Shown: positions 15,744 to 28,970 of the stretch, piece after piece
How the letters are laid out: every line of letters begins with the position of its first letter
Numbering within the stretch: the stretch's first letter is position 1
Assembly: GCA_020891255.1 (NCBI GenBank)
Contig: BQFW01000007.1
Span: 1,240,001 to 1,304,000 of the forward strand
Reading direction: 5' to 3'
Origin: Entomortierella parvispora E1425
Lineage: Eukaryota; Fungi; Mortierellomycota
DNA: 64,000 nucleotides
Notes under the pieces: model-generated
Told to the model about the DNA's origin: nothing
Seen by the model: the letters and a program-made list of their open reading frames with translations, nothing else
The model's database searches: none
Made by a program: the position numbers and the translations under genes

Positions 15744-17490
15744 GGTGGATGGATAGCCTGCTTTGAGCTAGACGAAGGGAACGGGTTTGGTGGGAAGGGG
15801 AGGGTGGTGTAGAGGAGAGGAGAGAAGAGTGTAAGTAGGTAGGTATTGTCGTTCAGTCAGGAGCTGCTGTGGGCATGCCTTTTATCTGACAAGTAATGTA
15901 CCTTGGCAAAGCAAAACCTCCTCATTGTATATCTATACCTATCTGTCCTTTCAACGGGTGAGTACATGCGTGCATCTCCCCCCCCCCCGGGAGAAGTTCG
16001 AGGGCTACACAAAGGCAAAGCACAGCAAGGCAGGCATACAGGGCATTCGAGATCCTGCAAAGCCTGCCTATTATCCAGTTTGCCCACTTAGCTGCGAGCG
16101 CTGCTTTGCCAAAACGCCCCCCATGTTCATTCCAGGTAGAATCACGGCGCAATGCTCAAGGCAAAGTACCCCCCCCCCCAAAGAAAAAGATAATAATAAC
16201 AACATAGATTCTCACCAACACCAACGCGAGAAAATCCTTGTGCGTGGCACAAAGGGGTAAAAAAAGCCAGCGCGTATGCATCTCGTCTACCTTTCACATT
16301 GATCCCAAGACAAGCGCAGATGCTTGAAGAGGGAACGCATGCGACAGCTACTGGGTGAAAGGGTGGCCACAAAAAAAAAAAAAGAAGCTGCAAATTCTTC
16401 AATCCCGTTTTTGTGACAACTCTGCCATGCATATTTTTTGTTAAAGACTCAAGACTCAATTGACTGCAATAGATCGAGGACGGAAAAGTGGTGATGGTGC
16501 AAGGCATGGGTAGCAGTGTTGAGTTGGGACCTTCTAGCACCGATAATGATCGCCGTCACTCTCAACTGACATCGCAGGAAAAGATATCACGACAGGCACC
16601 CTTTTATTGCAATCTTTGCAGTGAATGTTGGTAAGGTCTTCTCGAATGGCTACCGATGAGCATGGGCGTCCATTCTATATCCTTTAGAAATCCCGCTGAT
16701 TTCCCGTGCACTCTGGATCCACGTAACGGCATCAGCCTTGAACATTTTTTGTTTCCGTCTAGCACCTCAAAAAACGTTTTCATGAAACTGGAGACCCAGA
16801 GGAGTCTTCAGCTATGTAGCAGAAGATGGCTTGGTTTGCTCGTGATTTGTCAAAGCTGATAGGCACTACAGCTCTATAGTTTGACAAAAGATGAATTGAT
16901 TCACGGGTACGTGTCGACATTGTCGTGATGGCCGCAGTTTTGATTGTAAAGTCCAGCACGAGATCTGTCCCGTCCAAGAAGACCCACGGCTCCACATCAC
17001 GTATCCAAGGCCTTCAAACATGGGAGACTGCTCCTGTACAGGACTCGAGGAAGGCTATTCATGCGTGAGTGGATTTCGAGCTCGCGCCGCAGGCGCCCGT
17101 GGAAGATATTGTTTCAGGTCATGGCGGGCGCTGGGGGATCCATGAGCTGGTGGAGCATGGTAATTCAAGAATGATGAAGGGTTCCTGCAAGAGTCCTTGA
17201 CACAACCCATGGAGATGAATGGCGATGGTCCAAAATGATCAGAGAAGAGCAGTCCATCATTGAAGTGCATGCAAGCATGCAAGCATGCATGTCGCTCTTT
17301 TGCCTTTTGCGTGCACGTGCCACAGCCAGTCAAAGACACTTCTTTTCCTCCCTGACTTTTCTTCTCTCTTGTTCCTTTTCTCTTTCCCCCTCCCTGTCCC
17401 TTCAATTGTACTCCATTGCCTTTTACACTCTTTCCCCCTTTCACTCTCCCTTGCCGCCCTTCCTGCCCGCCCCAAAGCGGCCAAACGTAA

Positions 17491-19117
17491 ATGTCCGCAC
17501 CCACCCGGAGGACTTTGGTCTCCAGCGCACCTCTTGTCCTCGTCGGTACCCTTTCTTTCCTCGTCTTTAGTCTCGATGCCGCCTTTTCCGTTTCCTTTGT
17601 CTACCAAGATCAACTTACCATGCCCCAGTTTGGCGTGCGATACCTTCACGATCTCATCCCAGCTTCAGATCTGCATCCTAAGCATGGATATACCGTCATG
17701 ACTGGACCCTTAGGACGACACTGGGCATGTACCATACCCACCGTACCTGCAGAGATCGTGCAGGACTCGATCGCCAGATCTAGCAAAGTCATGGAGCAAG
17801 AAGATCGCGAGAACATCCAGCGTGGGCTCACTTTGATTGAACCCTTGTCTCAAGCCTGTATTCGGAGGGTAAGTCGGGTATTCCATTGATTCCAAGGGCA
17901 AAAACACCAAGTATCTTTTAATGAAACGTATTTGTCTCCTTGATCATCTCTCTAGACTTTTGACTGGTGGACCTATGAGTTTTGTTACAAAAGCAGGATC
18001 AGACAATATCATGCCATCAAAGTTGGAGGAAACTGGGTACCAGAGAGCAGCGACAGCACGTTTGTCCTGGCCAACTATCAGTCCAGCTCAGAAGAGGCAA
18101 CAGTCGACGATCCAACCCGAGTCCAACTAAATGGAGGGTCATCGTCTCCAGGGTCCAAGCAACACGGAACCTTGCAAACAACATTTTTGGAAAGCCATCA
18201 CGATCGGGTAGTGCTTGTCCAACTGTGGGAGTCGGGCGATATCTGTCCAGAGACGGATCTTCCCAGGACTGTTGAAGTGCAGGTAAAAAAAAAAAAAAAA
18301 ATAGATCAAGAATGTAATTTTGTGCAAGGGTGCTGACACAGCTGCTTCTCCTCCTATTTCCGGTCCATCGCAGTATCACTGCGCACAGGCTTTCCACGAC
18401 CGTATCCATTCCGTCACAGAGCCATCAATCTGCAATTACCTGATGATTGTCAACGTACCAGCGCTCTGTCGTGACCCTGCTTTTGCAATCCAGCTTGCGC
18501 CAGAGGTTCAAGAGATCAAGTGTCGACGGATAGCAACGGAGAGCGAGATCAGACAAGTGGAGGCGGACGCCAGTGATGCTCATGTAGAAGAGAATGCAGC
18601 TCATACAGTAAGCATGGAGGATCAATTGAGACTTTTATACAGCAAGGACCTAGGTCGACCAAAGCACTTTAGAGACGTATTAGAAGGCATCCGACATTAC
18701 GCACAAGCTTGGGAACCGCGGCTGACAGAATCCCAGCAGCAGTTGCTGAAACGAGTGGAGGCGCATGGAGGAATTATCGTTGGTGGAGGTGCTGGAGTTC
18801 AAAGGAACCGAAAACCAAAGGAGGTCATAGAACAAGAGAGACAGGAGAGGCTGCAAGTGGCACAGATGTTTAGAGATTCGTTTGGAGAGCAGCCCGTACA
18901 GCATCGTACAGGCCGAACGCGATTCGATGGGGCAGCCAACCTTGGACAAAGTGGCGAGAATGGTGTGGGCACAGGACCCAGCAGCAGCGGGGGAGGGAGA
19001 TCAAGAGCGAGTATAAGTGAGATGGATTTGGAAGAGTTGATAGAATTGTTGGAGAGTACAGAAGAAGAACTGGAGGAGCGACTGAAAGGAAATTCAAGAG
19101 ACAAGCGGAAAGTATGA
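17491..19117 (+). CDS. YOS9: OS-9/Yos9 ERAD lectin (MRH/PRKCSH domain), 3 exons
   Basis: N-terminal hydrophobic signal; LIEPLSQACI|..DWWTYEFCYKSRIRQYH; QLWESGDICPETDLPRTVEVQ|YHC; DRIHSVTEPSICNYLMIVNVPALC. Introns start GTAAGT at about 17868 and GTAAAA at about 18283. Confidence 0.85.
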
Positions 19118-20152
19118 AAGCTCCCTTGAGAAGAAAGAACTAAACAAGAAGGTGGGGCATGCGTTGGTACTAGGAGATTTGCAGGAGGGGAGAGTTGTGA
19201 GGAAAAACCTGTTCGTACAAGTCGGGGTTATCGGAAAGACCGCTGCGCTTTTATCTTTTTTTTTTTATCCTGAGCTTTTTTCACTCGTGGAATCACGGAG
19301 CCGCTCGAATTCTTCAGGAGGATCCGACGATCATAGCCCCAAGTATACTGCAATCTTATTGTGATTGGCGAAGTTCAGTCCATTGTTCGCTGAAGAGGTC
19401 GTTCAATTGAGCGACCAGATTTTACTCCTAGCCCGAAGTGCAATGACGTTTTCATGTTCATGCTGTGCTGTGGTACCCAAAGCAATAGAAACAATATAAA
19501 CGAGGACATAGCTCATTGACTCTCCACGACAAAGGACATGCAAGTGATCGGTGGATCGGTTTTTAAGGTACATTTCCTGTTTCAAAGAAACGTGCAGGCC
19601 AGCCTTGGGTTATATACGTCCTTCCTTCCCTGGACGAGCCACGAGTTCATGTACAGTACAGATACAGTACAGATACAGTACAGTAGGGGGTTGGGGTTGG
19701 GGTTGGCAAGGGGGGAGGGGACAAAAGGGAAATAGGAGTTTTGGGATTGAAATGACACGAGTCCGGGTTTGTTTTAGGAAAACCCGATCCTTTCTTCGAA
19801 GTGGCGGCTGGCGACGCGTCTACGCTGTGTTTGGCTCGATTGTGTAACCAGTGACCAGTCCCTCTGAGCAAACCCTCCACAGGGCTAACATGGAACTTTT
19901 AAGAGTGGAAACCCGCATCGATCGATCATCATAGATCTGAATCCTGACCCCCCTTGTCGGTGTCTAGTGAACCACAGCTATCTCTGTCCATTATTCCATT
20001 GTCCCACGTTGGTATCCTTGCCCACTCCCCTCTGCTCAGCGGTGCCGTCCAGCACTCCAACTCGCCCTCCAGAGCCCGGTCCAACCCTCTCTTTTTTTTT
20101 TGTGTGAGATCCCCCTACTACCGACGTTGGTGCATTTTTTTTTTTACATTTT

Positions 20153-20522
20153 CGTCTAACGTGCAATGCAAAGCGCATGCAGTATCCAATTCTGATCTAT
20201 TTTCCGGTCCCTGCAGCCAAAGTCTAGTTCCCTCGAGATCGGGTCGCAAAGACCTCGATCGGATACTGCAATAAAGTTCATTTATCGTAGACTCTGGTGC
20301 GCAGCTGCTCAAATTTCAGTCGGAGGGACCGTGAGTGGACTACGGAAGGCGAAATTCTCTTCGCCCAAAGAGGAATATCCTTCCGGGCGAGGATCCGAAA
20401 GATGCAATGCTTATCCAAAATAAGGATCGTCATCCTCCCAAAAGCCGAACGTGGTCTACTCTCCTGGATCAAACATGATCTGAGAGTGCCGCTCAGTCAG
20501 TGAACAATTGCATACGTGGACG
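20153..20522 (+). ncRNA. Candidate structured non-coding RNA of unknown family (multi-helix, pseudoknotted)
   Basis: Helices read directly from sequence: 20178-87/20261-70 (10 bp perfect); 20205-12/20324-31 (8 bp perfect); 20221-26/20288-93; 20237-45/20251-60; 20271-75/20281-85; 20333-44/20450-61 (12 bp, 2 G-U); 20348-53/20360-65; 20389-94/20432-37; 20410-14/20420-24; 20467-71/20476-80; 20481-84/20492-95; possible closing helix 20153-67/20507-22. No convincing ORF. Expression unknown. Confidence 0.45.
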
Positions 20523-20731
20523 TGTGGGCTGATGGGGTGATCTTTCAAAAGGATGAGAGAAGAAAACAGGAAGGGGGAGCCGATGCGCCCGATGGCACCA
20601 AAGTCGTCTCTGGCAACACAAACAAATAAACAAATACCCAAGCGATGACATTCTGCCAGGGCTGCAGAGTGGTCAAGTACATGTATGTGAGCCTCAATAT
20701 CAGGTACCGATCATTTGGGGGGCAAGGTTCG

Positions 20732-20738
20732 TATAAAA
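20732..20738 (+). promoter_or_regulatory. Putative TATA box upstream of the MFS transporter gene
   Basis: TATAAAA followed by a CT-rich leader, about 260 nt before ATG 20998. Confidence 0.4.
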
Positions 20739-20997
20739 CGACAGCAGATCTATGCACTCCCTCTTCTTTCTTCTTCTACACCACACCGTTCCTTTTCCTC
20801 CCTCTCTTGCCTTTTCCTTTTCGTTGTTCTTGACATCAACTCCTCGGTACACGACTGACAGCCAATTGATCTGGTCATTCTTCTGCTGTCTTTTTTGATC
20901 TCGCTTTTGATTTCCACATCGACATTCGCCACTCTTCCCCAACACCTTTCTTTATCCCCTTTACAACTCACTTCACCCACAGCATTTCCAAGCAATC

Positions 20998-21907
20998 ATG
21001 GCATATGAACTAAAGAAGGGCGAGATCGACAACCGAGACTTGGATCAAGCCGTCGTCAAGTCCAGTGGACCATGGTACAAGCGATTGAAAGAGATCAAGG
21101 GACTCTTGTTGGCTCTTGTGTCCATGGCGCAGGTAAACAACAACCCAAAAACAAATAGCCTCGTACCCGACCTTACCCCCCTTTCACACGCCCTCACTTG
21201 CTGTCGCCCGTGCACACGTTTCTATGAATCTTCATATACTAAGTGGACCATTCATGTGCTACATCCTCTTCACAGACTCTGGATATCATCAACATGGCCA
21301 GTGTTACAATCGTCCTCCCCGATATCATGGAAGATGTTGGTTACAAGCTTGACCAGCTCCAATGGGTCATGTCTGCCTACGCACTAGCCTACGGTGCCTT
21401 CCTTTTGGTCGGTGGTCGCTTTGGAGATTTGTTTGGTCACCGAAGAATCTTTATGATGGGTGTCTTTTGGTTCTCGATCTGGGCACTTGTCAATGGCTTT
21501 GCCAAGAACCCCGTCATCATGTCCGTGGGACGTGCCCTTCAAGGTCTCGGAGCCGGGTTCACCGTGCCCAGTGCCCTAGCCATCTTGACTACCACTTATC
21601 CTGTTGGACCTGAGAGAACTCATGCACTCGGTAACTATAATAATAATATACCTCACCCACGCTTGTCTCTTCACTCGTAACTCTTGCTAACATTTCCCTT
21701 TTTTTGTTTTTGTTTTTTAATTTATTTTTCTTCATTTCTCTTTTCTCTTCTCCTCTTCCTCTTTGTCCTCTTCCTCCTCTCCTCCTCTCCTCGTCTCCTT
21801 CTCTTATATCTACTCGTCATGTGACAAGCGATATTCGGCTCAACTGCGGCTTGTGGGTCCATTGTTGGCGTCTTGTTTGGTGGCATCTTTGGTTCGACCA
21901 TCGGTAC

Positions 21908-21939
<32 letters not shown>

Positions 21940-23508
21940 GAGGCTACTTCTTTGTTGGACTTTGCCTAGCAAAACTCCCTACGACTACTTGAGCATTGTA
22001 AACACCCGATTGTGGGAGAGGGACAACAGCTTACAATTCCATGGATGTTTCGCTCTTTTATAATACTTTAGGCTGGAGATGGATCTTTTTTATTACTGCG
22101 ATCTTGGGGTTTTCCCTGGGCACCCTTGCTTTCTTTGTGATTCCAGAAGAAAAGGGTGAGGGTAAGGTGGAGGACCGTCGTGTTGATTATCTGGGAGTCG
22201 GCTGCTTCACTCTTGGTATCGTGGCGGTCATCTACTATCTCAGTGAAGGACCCGCAAAGGGTTGGAAGGCTGGTTCGACGTTGGGACCCTTGATCGCGGG
22301 TTTGGTCCTCTTGGTGGCATTCTTTGTGGTAGAATGGAGGATTGACTACCCAATCATGCCTCTTCATATCTGGAAGTCGCGTCGCTTGATATCGTCCTGC
22401 TTGATCATCGCTTGTATCTCCGCCAGTGTAAACACATTGATCTTCTTTTCTTCCCTCACCTTCCAAAGCGTCTTGGGCTACTCGCCAATTCACACCTCGG
22501 TCTGTTATATTGTCCAAGGTGTCGGTTCCATCATCACCATGGTTGCGTTGACAAGGCTCGTGACAATGGTCAGGACAAAATTCCTAACGCTCGTCGGATG
22601 GCTCTTCTTTATCGCCAGTGGTATCGTCTTTGCCCAAATTAAGGTAAAAAAAAAAAGAAATGGTGCTAACGACACATCTGCTTCAATTACTCGCGGTCTG
22701 ACAGGTTTGCACATTACTTTTTTCATTGCCTTCTCCGCTATAGGAGACTTCCAGCTATGCATCAATTCCTCTTCCAGCTCTTATTCTCAATTTCCTTGGT
22801 GAGTCCTCATCTTGTACCAAAGAAAAAGGTTCATAACAGATACAAGGAGTCTTGAATCTAACCTATTCCCAATCTATTTAGGAATGGCCCCCGTCTGGTT
22901 GTGCGCTCAGATCAACTCCGTTGCAGATGCTGACGACGAGGACCAAGGTGTCGTCGGTGCAGGTGAGATTCAATGGATCCTGTTTTCAGGACAATTGCGC
23001 CTGATCATGACCTTTTCGGCACACGATATTAACACCGCACTTGTCTTTTCCCTCATTCTTTCCTTCCTGAAAAAAAAAAGTTTTCAACACTTGTCTCCAA
23101 ATTGGCGCCCCCATTGGTATTGCCATTTCCAACATCATTGCCAACAACACAAACGCACCTACAGCCATCGGCGCCCAGCTTCTACCCGGATACCGTGCTG
23201 CCTTCTACACCCAGGCCATCATTGGCGGTGTCGGCTTTGTGATCACAATCGTTTACCATCCAAACCGCGATCCCGCCAAATTGTCTGAAGGCATCACAGC
23301 CGAGGAGGTTGCCGTCGTCGCTGCTGCAGGAGGGGATGAGAATCTGAGCACCCATCATCGCAACAATAACGCTGCTCAGAAGGATATCGAGACGGCCCCC
23401 AGCAGCGAAATATTTGAAATGAAATCTGCGGGGTTGGCCTCGGCGGATGCAACCACTATCTTCCAGGGCCCATCTGCTACCTTGGGAGGAACGGAAGAGT
23501 TGAGATAG
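20998..23508 (+). CDS. Major facilitator superfamily drug:H+ antiporter (DHA2/EmrB-QacA-like), multi-exon
   Basis: LDIINMASVTIVLPDI, QWVMSAYALAYGAFLLVGGRFGDLFGHRR (MFS motif A), GRALQGLGAGFTVPSALAIL, LGWRWIFF, VEWRIDYPIMPLHIWKSR; many TM segments split by GT-AG introns; ends GGTEELR-TAG. Confidence 0.9.
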
Positions 23509-24177
23509 AGAAGGAGAGAGATGGTGAAAGAAAGTAGGTATCCTATTATATCATTACTTCCATTTATTTTTTGCAAGTATTTATTCATACCCTTAGCACA
23601 AATAAAAATGCACTGATCGGATGCTCCTGCCAAGTGATGCATCTTGCCAGGGAGCGTTCTGACACACGAAAGCAGCGCGTAAAAAAGAATTGGTGGCGTT
23701 TGACGCCACGTCACCTCTGCCCCTTAACTTATACTCCATCAGGATGGAAAAAAAAAAAAAAGACGGATCGATGCATTTGTTCGTTTTGTTCATCCTCCTT
23801 CTCTTTTCACCATTCTCAATCCACAGACCTTGATCCATCCCCTTGCCTCTTGCGCGCAGCTACCTACCCTTGACAACCTCAACCCCAACAGACAACACAG
23901 ACAGCAATCAACTAAAAAAAAACAACTTCAGATCCAAACAGCCACCCGCTGACAGCCAATAACCTCCGTCCTCTAATCGCATCACCGGGCCACGATCTCT
24001 TTCTTGTTCCCACATCTCCACCTGTTCTCACGCGACCCCATCCTCCAAAAGTCGCTCTGCCCGCTCCCTGTCAATCTCTGAGCGTGGGCCTGCATCAAAC
24101 AACAACAGCAGTAACGGCAGTATCTCCGTCCGATCTCAACTCCCCATCTCTACATCAGTCCATCCAACTTCATCATC

Positions 24178-25915
24178 ATGGCCGCCAACCAACAACCACA
24201 TATGGCGTAAGTAGCTGCCAATGTCTCTTTGTTTCCAATGGCCGAGTCTGCTAGAGAGAAGGAGAGTAGAGTACAAAGAATAACCATCGTTGAACTCTTG
24301 TTGCCTTAGACACGAAAACGACAACTGGAAGAAGCAACTCAATCTCCCCACTAAAGACTCCCGCCCTCAAACTGAGGTAAAAACCAGTGGTGTTTTTTTT
24401 GGTTCTTTTTTCATCGTCTTTACATGTGGAATACCATGGACTCAACCCGATCGTTCTCTTCTTGCTTTGATAGGACGTTACTGCCACCAAGGGAAATGAG
24501 TTTGAAGATTACTTTCTCAAGCGCGAGCTCTTGATGGGTATCTTCGAAGCCGGCTTCGAGCGCCCGTCTCCCATCCAGGAAGAATCCATACCTATTGCCC
24601 TTGCTGGAAGGGATATTCTTGCCCGTGCAAAGAACGGTACCGGAAAGACCGCTGCCTTCGTCATCCCCTCACTCGAAAAGATCAACCTCAAGAAGAACAA
24701 GGTCCAGGCTCTGCTCTTGGTTCCCACCCGTGAGCTTGCTCTCCAGACCGCGCAGGTCTGCAAGACTCTGGGAAAGCACATGGGCGTCCAGGTCATGGTC
24801 ACCACAGGAGGCACCACCCTCAAGGACGACATCATGCGTCTTGCCGAGACTGTTCACATTATCGTCGGAACTCCCGGCCGTATTCTCGATCTTGCAGGAA
24901 AGGGCGTCGCCAACTTTAGCGAGTGCACAACCTTTGTCATGGATGAGGCTGACAAACTTCTCAGTCCAGAGTTCACACCTATTGTCGAGCAGCTGCTGAC
25001 ATACTTCCCCAAGCAGCGCCAGATCATGCTCTACTCTGCTACTTTCCCTTTGATTGTCAAGACTTTCAAGGACAAGCACATGGTGAAGCCTTACGAGATC
25101 AATCTGATGGACGAGCTCACTCTTCGCGGTGTCACCCAGTACTATGCCTTTGTGGAGGAACGCCAAAAAGTTCACTGCCTCAACACCCTTTTTTCCAAGG
25201 TAAGGCGGGTTCTACGACCTGGAAAGCTGTCCTCTCTTGTCAGAATAGTGCTAATGTTTCTTTATTTTTATTGAATCCTCTCTAGCTTCAAATCAACCAA
25301 TCTATCATCTTCTGCAATTCAACCAACCGTGTGGAATTGCTGGCTAAAAAGATCACGGAGCTGGGATATTCATGCTTCTACTCACACGCAAAGATGCTCC
25401 AGTCCCACCGTAACAGAGTCTTCCACGATTTCAGGAACGGTGTCTGCAGAAACTTGGTCTGCTCCGATTTGCTGACTCGTGGTATCGATATCCAGGCCGT
25501 CAACGTCGTTATCAACTTTGACTTTCCCAAAAATGCCGAGACCTATCTCCATCGTATCGGTCGTAGTGGTCGCTTTGGTCACTTGGGTTTGGCCATCAAC
25601 TTAATCACATACGAGGATCGCTTCAATCTCTACAAGATCGAGCAGGAGCTTGGAACTGAAATTCAGGCCATCCCCCCAGTTATTGACAAGCGCCTTTACG
25701 TTGCACCTTCTGCCTTGGATGCCGAGCAGCACCAGGAAGCACAGAACCACCACGAGGAGCAGCAAAAGCTTCACCACCAACAGCAGCAGCAACATCAGCA
25801 GCAACATCAGCACCGTCAGCAGCAGCAGATTGCCCACCACCAAGGTGGTCACCAGTACCCCCATCAGCAGCAGCATGGCCAGTTTCAGCAGCATGCGCAA
25901 AACGTCCGCCGATAA
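24178..25915 (+). CDS. DHH1: DEAD-box RNA helicase Dhh1/DDX6 with Gln/His-rich C-terminal tail
   Basis: [92 protein letters not shown] 24178 is followed by short exons. Confidence 0.97.
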
Positions 25916-26477
25916 TTCCTTTAGTGTTTCAACCTTGCCGCTTTTCCTTATTTGAGCCTCGGGCACTCGACATCTACCAATCTCTTCAACATGCCCGACG
26001 CGGACAAACCGATTCGACAAACACCCCACCGATAGATCGCCGGTATCCTATGGATACCTGTCATGATCAACTCTTACTCTTTTTCTTTTTGTGTTTTTTT
26101 CTTCTTTTTTTCTACCTTTTCTTTATTACTTTTGTGCTTTTTATTGCCTGTACAGTTTTTTTGTTCATGAAAGGTTTTACGTTTGTCGAGTTTTTTTTAT
26201 GTTATTTTCAGTAGGATGGTCGTTGTTTTTCAGTTTCGGAAGTTGTAGTGTGTTTCGGGAATCCTCTGATTGTTTGTACAAAAAAAAACAAGGGACAAGG
26301 CATTCCTTTTTTCTCGCGGGATCTCGTTTTCTTTACCCGCTCCCTTTCTTTTCTTCGTTATTACTAGTTTTTTGTTTCTTGGGATGAGGGATCTAACGGG
26401 CGTACGACGTATTATTCTCACGAATGAGGGTTACTCTGGGGAAACGATCTTTTCAAAGATGTCCATGTCAAGGGACA

Positions 26478-26608
26478 GACCAACTTGGCTTTTTTTTTTC
26501 TTCTTTTTTTTCTTTTTTTCCTTTTTTTTTCTTTCATCCCCCCGTTTTTCTTTTTTTTTTTTTTTTTTTTTTTTTCTCTTTTTTTTTTTTTTTTTCTTCT
26601 TCTCATTG
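26478..26608. repeat. Long poly(T)/pyrimidine low-complexity tract between the convergent 3' ends of DHH1 and RRP42
   Basis: About 130 nt almost entirely T with scattered C. Confidence 0.85.
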
Positions 26609-26815
26609 TGTACTATACTTTCAGCGTCTGCAGCATAGATCTTGATGAAGCAGATGCGGCTATAATAAACCCATTGACGCAAGAACAATGCAAAGCAAAC
26701 AACGATCAAAAAAAGAATGGAACCGACGAGCGGATTGTGAGGTTTTTCTGAGAATGCTATGATATGGTTTTAATGCTTCTTCTTGAGGGGTGAGGGGGAG
26801 AGATTGAGATATCTT

Positions 26816-27776
26816 TTACTGTGCAAAAAATCCCAGTTTATGCACTGGTTCACCACGTTGCCTCTTTGCCAGATCAGCATCTGCCTCGGCCTTAATCTTG
26901 GTATCCAATTGCTTGATCAAGGTCTGACCCATTGTTTTACCAAACTGGATCATCTCGAGCAGTAGACTGGGCTCGATACCGCCCTCCTGACCCTTTTGCA
27001 GTCCACAGAGTTGTCCTGACCGGTTCACGGCAACTACCAATCTTGCTTCTGTGCAAAGTTCTTCCAAAGGCGAGGCATCCACAATATGACAGGCACCAAT
27101 CTAAACAAAGCAAATAATAAACATCATTAGATCCATATTGCCCCTTCCGTTTGAAATAAACTCCATGCATGGTCATATCATCAGTTTGCATCCTGAAAGG
27201 TTCTCTGTTTTACCTTGTTTAACGTGATGCAAATGGGCATATCTTCCCGACCCTCGACTGGATCCGTGTCCTCTGCATCGTCCAAGACCTCAAACTCAAA
27301 CTGACCGTCGCCCAAATCCTGTACTTCTGTCTTTGGGATCCTTGTATCAAAGATGGCGGCGCGGGTGCCCATGAAGATGGCATCCATCAAGTTTCCACCA
27401 TAATCCAGAATCAAGGCGTCGATATAGAGAATCCAGCATTGTTGACCGGGGATGATGCACAGCTTTTGCAAATTGATTCCGCCAGGACCGGAGCTTTGTC
27501 TGGAGGCGGTGGTGGAAGATCCGGTCGTAGAGGCAGCCGTGGAGGTGTAAGAGGAGGTGGTGTTGTTGCAGAGAATGCGAGACATCATTTGAGTGATCTC
27601 GTTGTTGAGATCGTCGGCGCCTCTTCCTTCGAATTGTTGAGATGCACTTGGAGCACTGTTGTTGTTTTACATATTTCCAAGAAGTAAGGATGGCAGGCAA
27701 TGGAGTAAGTATCAAGGAATAGAGAGTTGAAGGCAAAAGGATCAGATCAGACTTTTATGATCCCTGCTGTATTTTT

Positions 27777-27809
<33 letters not shown>

Positions 27810-28102
27810 GGCAGGTATAGCCCGGTGCCTTACCATTCTACACTGCAGATGATCTGTCCCTTGTCTGCGCCATCGCCTGTCTCGGGATCGACCTGGACAG
27901 GTCCAATCTCAGCCTTGACACTGACGAGGACATCCGTGCCTCCTGCGATACGAACACGAGCAGACCCTGAGGTCTGGGAGACGACGCCCGTCTCGAGAAT
28001 GACCTCACGGTAATCAGGGCGCTGACGACCATCGGCTCTGATGTTGCATTCGACGCCTTTGAGGATATAGTCGCGCTCTGCTGGTGAGATGAGGCTGGGC
28101 AT
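26816..28102 (-). CDS. RRP42: Exosome complex RNase PH-like subunit Rrp42/EXOSC7 (3 exons)
   Basis: ISPAERDYILKGVECNIRADGR, GVVSQTSGSARV, DVLVSVKAEIG, LQKLCIIPGQQCWILYIDALILDYGGNLMDAI, VDASPLEELCT. Confidence 0.92.
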
Positions 28103-28970
28103 GGTCGTGGTGTTGTTGATGTCTGGATGTTCTTGTCAAAGAGATGCATGCACCGCCTGGCAGACACAAAAAAGAGAAAAGAGAGAGGGAAGTAGGCAGT
28201 CACATCATCAACACACACACAGGTGTTCTTAAGGGTGTATGGGCGATGTTTCGCGTGTGTGGTGATGTGGACACATCGCGTTTTTTTTGGGTGCAGTTAT
28301 TATACTGCAGCTGAGCTGAGCTTGCGTGTGCACGCGCGTGTGGAGGGGGCCAACCCTGCTGCTGGGCTCACTCAGCCGCAGGAGGTCTGTCTTTCAGCAT
28401 CTATCAAGAAGCTGTTGAGAAAGAGTGGTCTGAGGGAGAGAGAGCAACGCGTCTTTCAGTTTCAGGGAGCAGGCGAGGATGAAGCAAAAAGCAGCTTAAA
28501 GTGTATGGACAATGATCCCTGTCTTTTGTTTGTGCACATCCCCCATCTGTGTTGAGTGGGGGAGGTCATGCGTCCTGCGTTTCCCGCCCTGTCTGTTTGT
28601 CTGCCTGCCCCCTTCCTTCTTCCTTCCTTGGGTTTGCTTTGCTTTGCGAATGATTGTTCTCTTTTGCTCGTCTCCTCCCTCCTGCAGACACTCCCTTCTT
28701 CCCGCGTGGATGACTGAACCACTCCACAAAGAAGGGGGAAACATCCCATTGTCTGTTATGTCTTATCATACGCCCTTGTCGAATCACATCATCCTTCGCC
28801 GAGATGGGCCCTCGTTATCTCTCCCTCTCTTGTCTTTCATTTGTTTCCTCTTTCTATCTTCATCCCATTCTTCCCACACCACCACCTTGTTCCTCCATCT
28901 CTTTCTTTATCGCCGAACCTTTTACCACCTTCCACCATAACTCCTCTAGTCGCACAGATTTAGATATATC

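Noticed and set aside
16500-17230. Stop-interrupted, protein-looking minus-strand frames between the dynamin and OS-9
   Set aside because: Could be a decayed gene, but I could not align it convincingly to any family by eye; needs tBLASTn/HMM evidence.
20153-20522. Assignment of the structured element to a known RNA class (U1/U11 snRNA, SRP, RNase P/MRP, snR30, group I intron, HDV ribozyme, TPP/lysine riboswitch, telomerase)
   Set aside because: Only short partial matches (for example CCGTGAGTGG, GACTAC, GCCGAA, GAGG..GAAA..GCA). Each class lacks its diagnostic motifs or spacing, so it was left unassigned.
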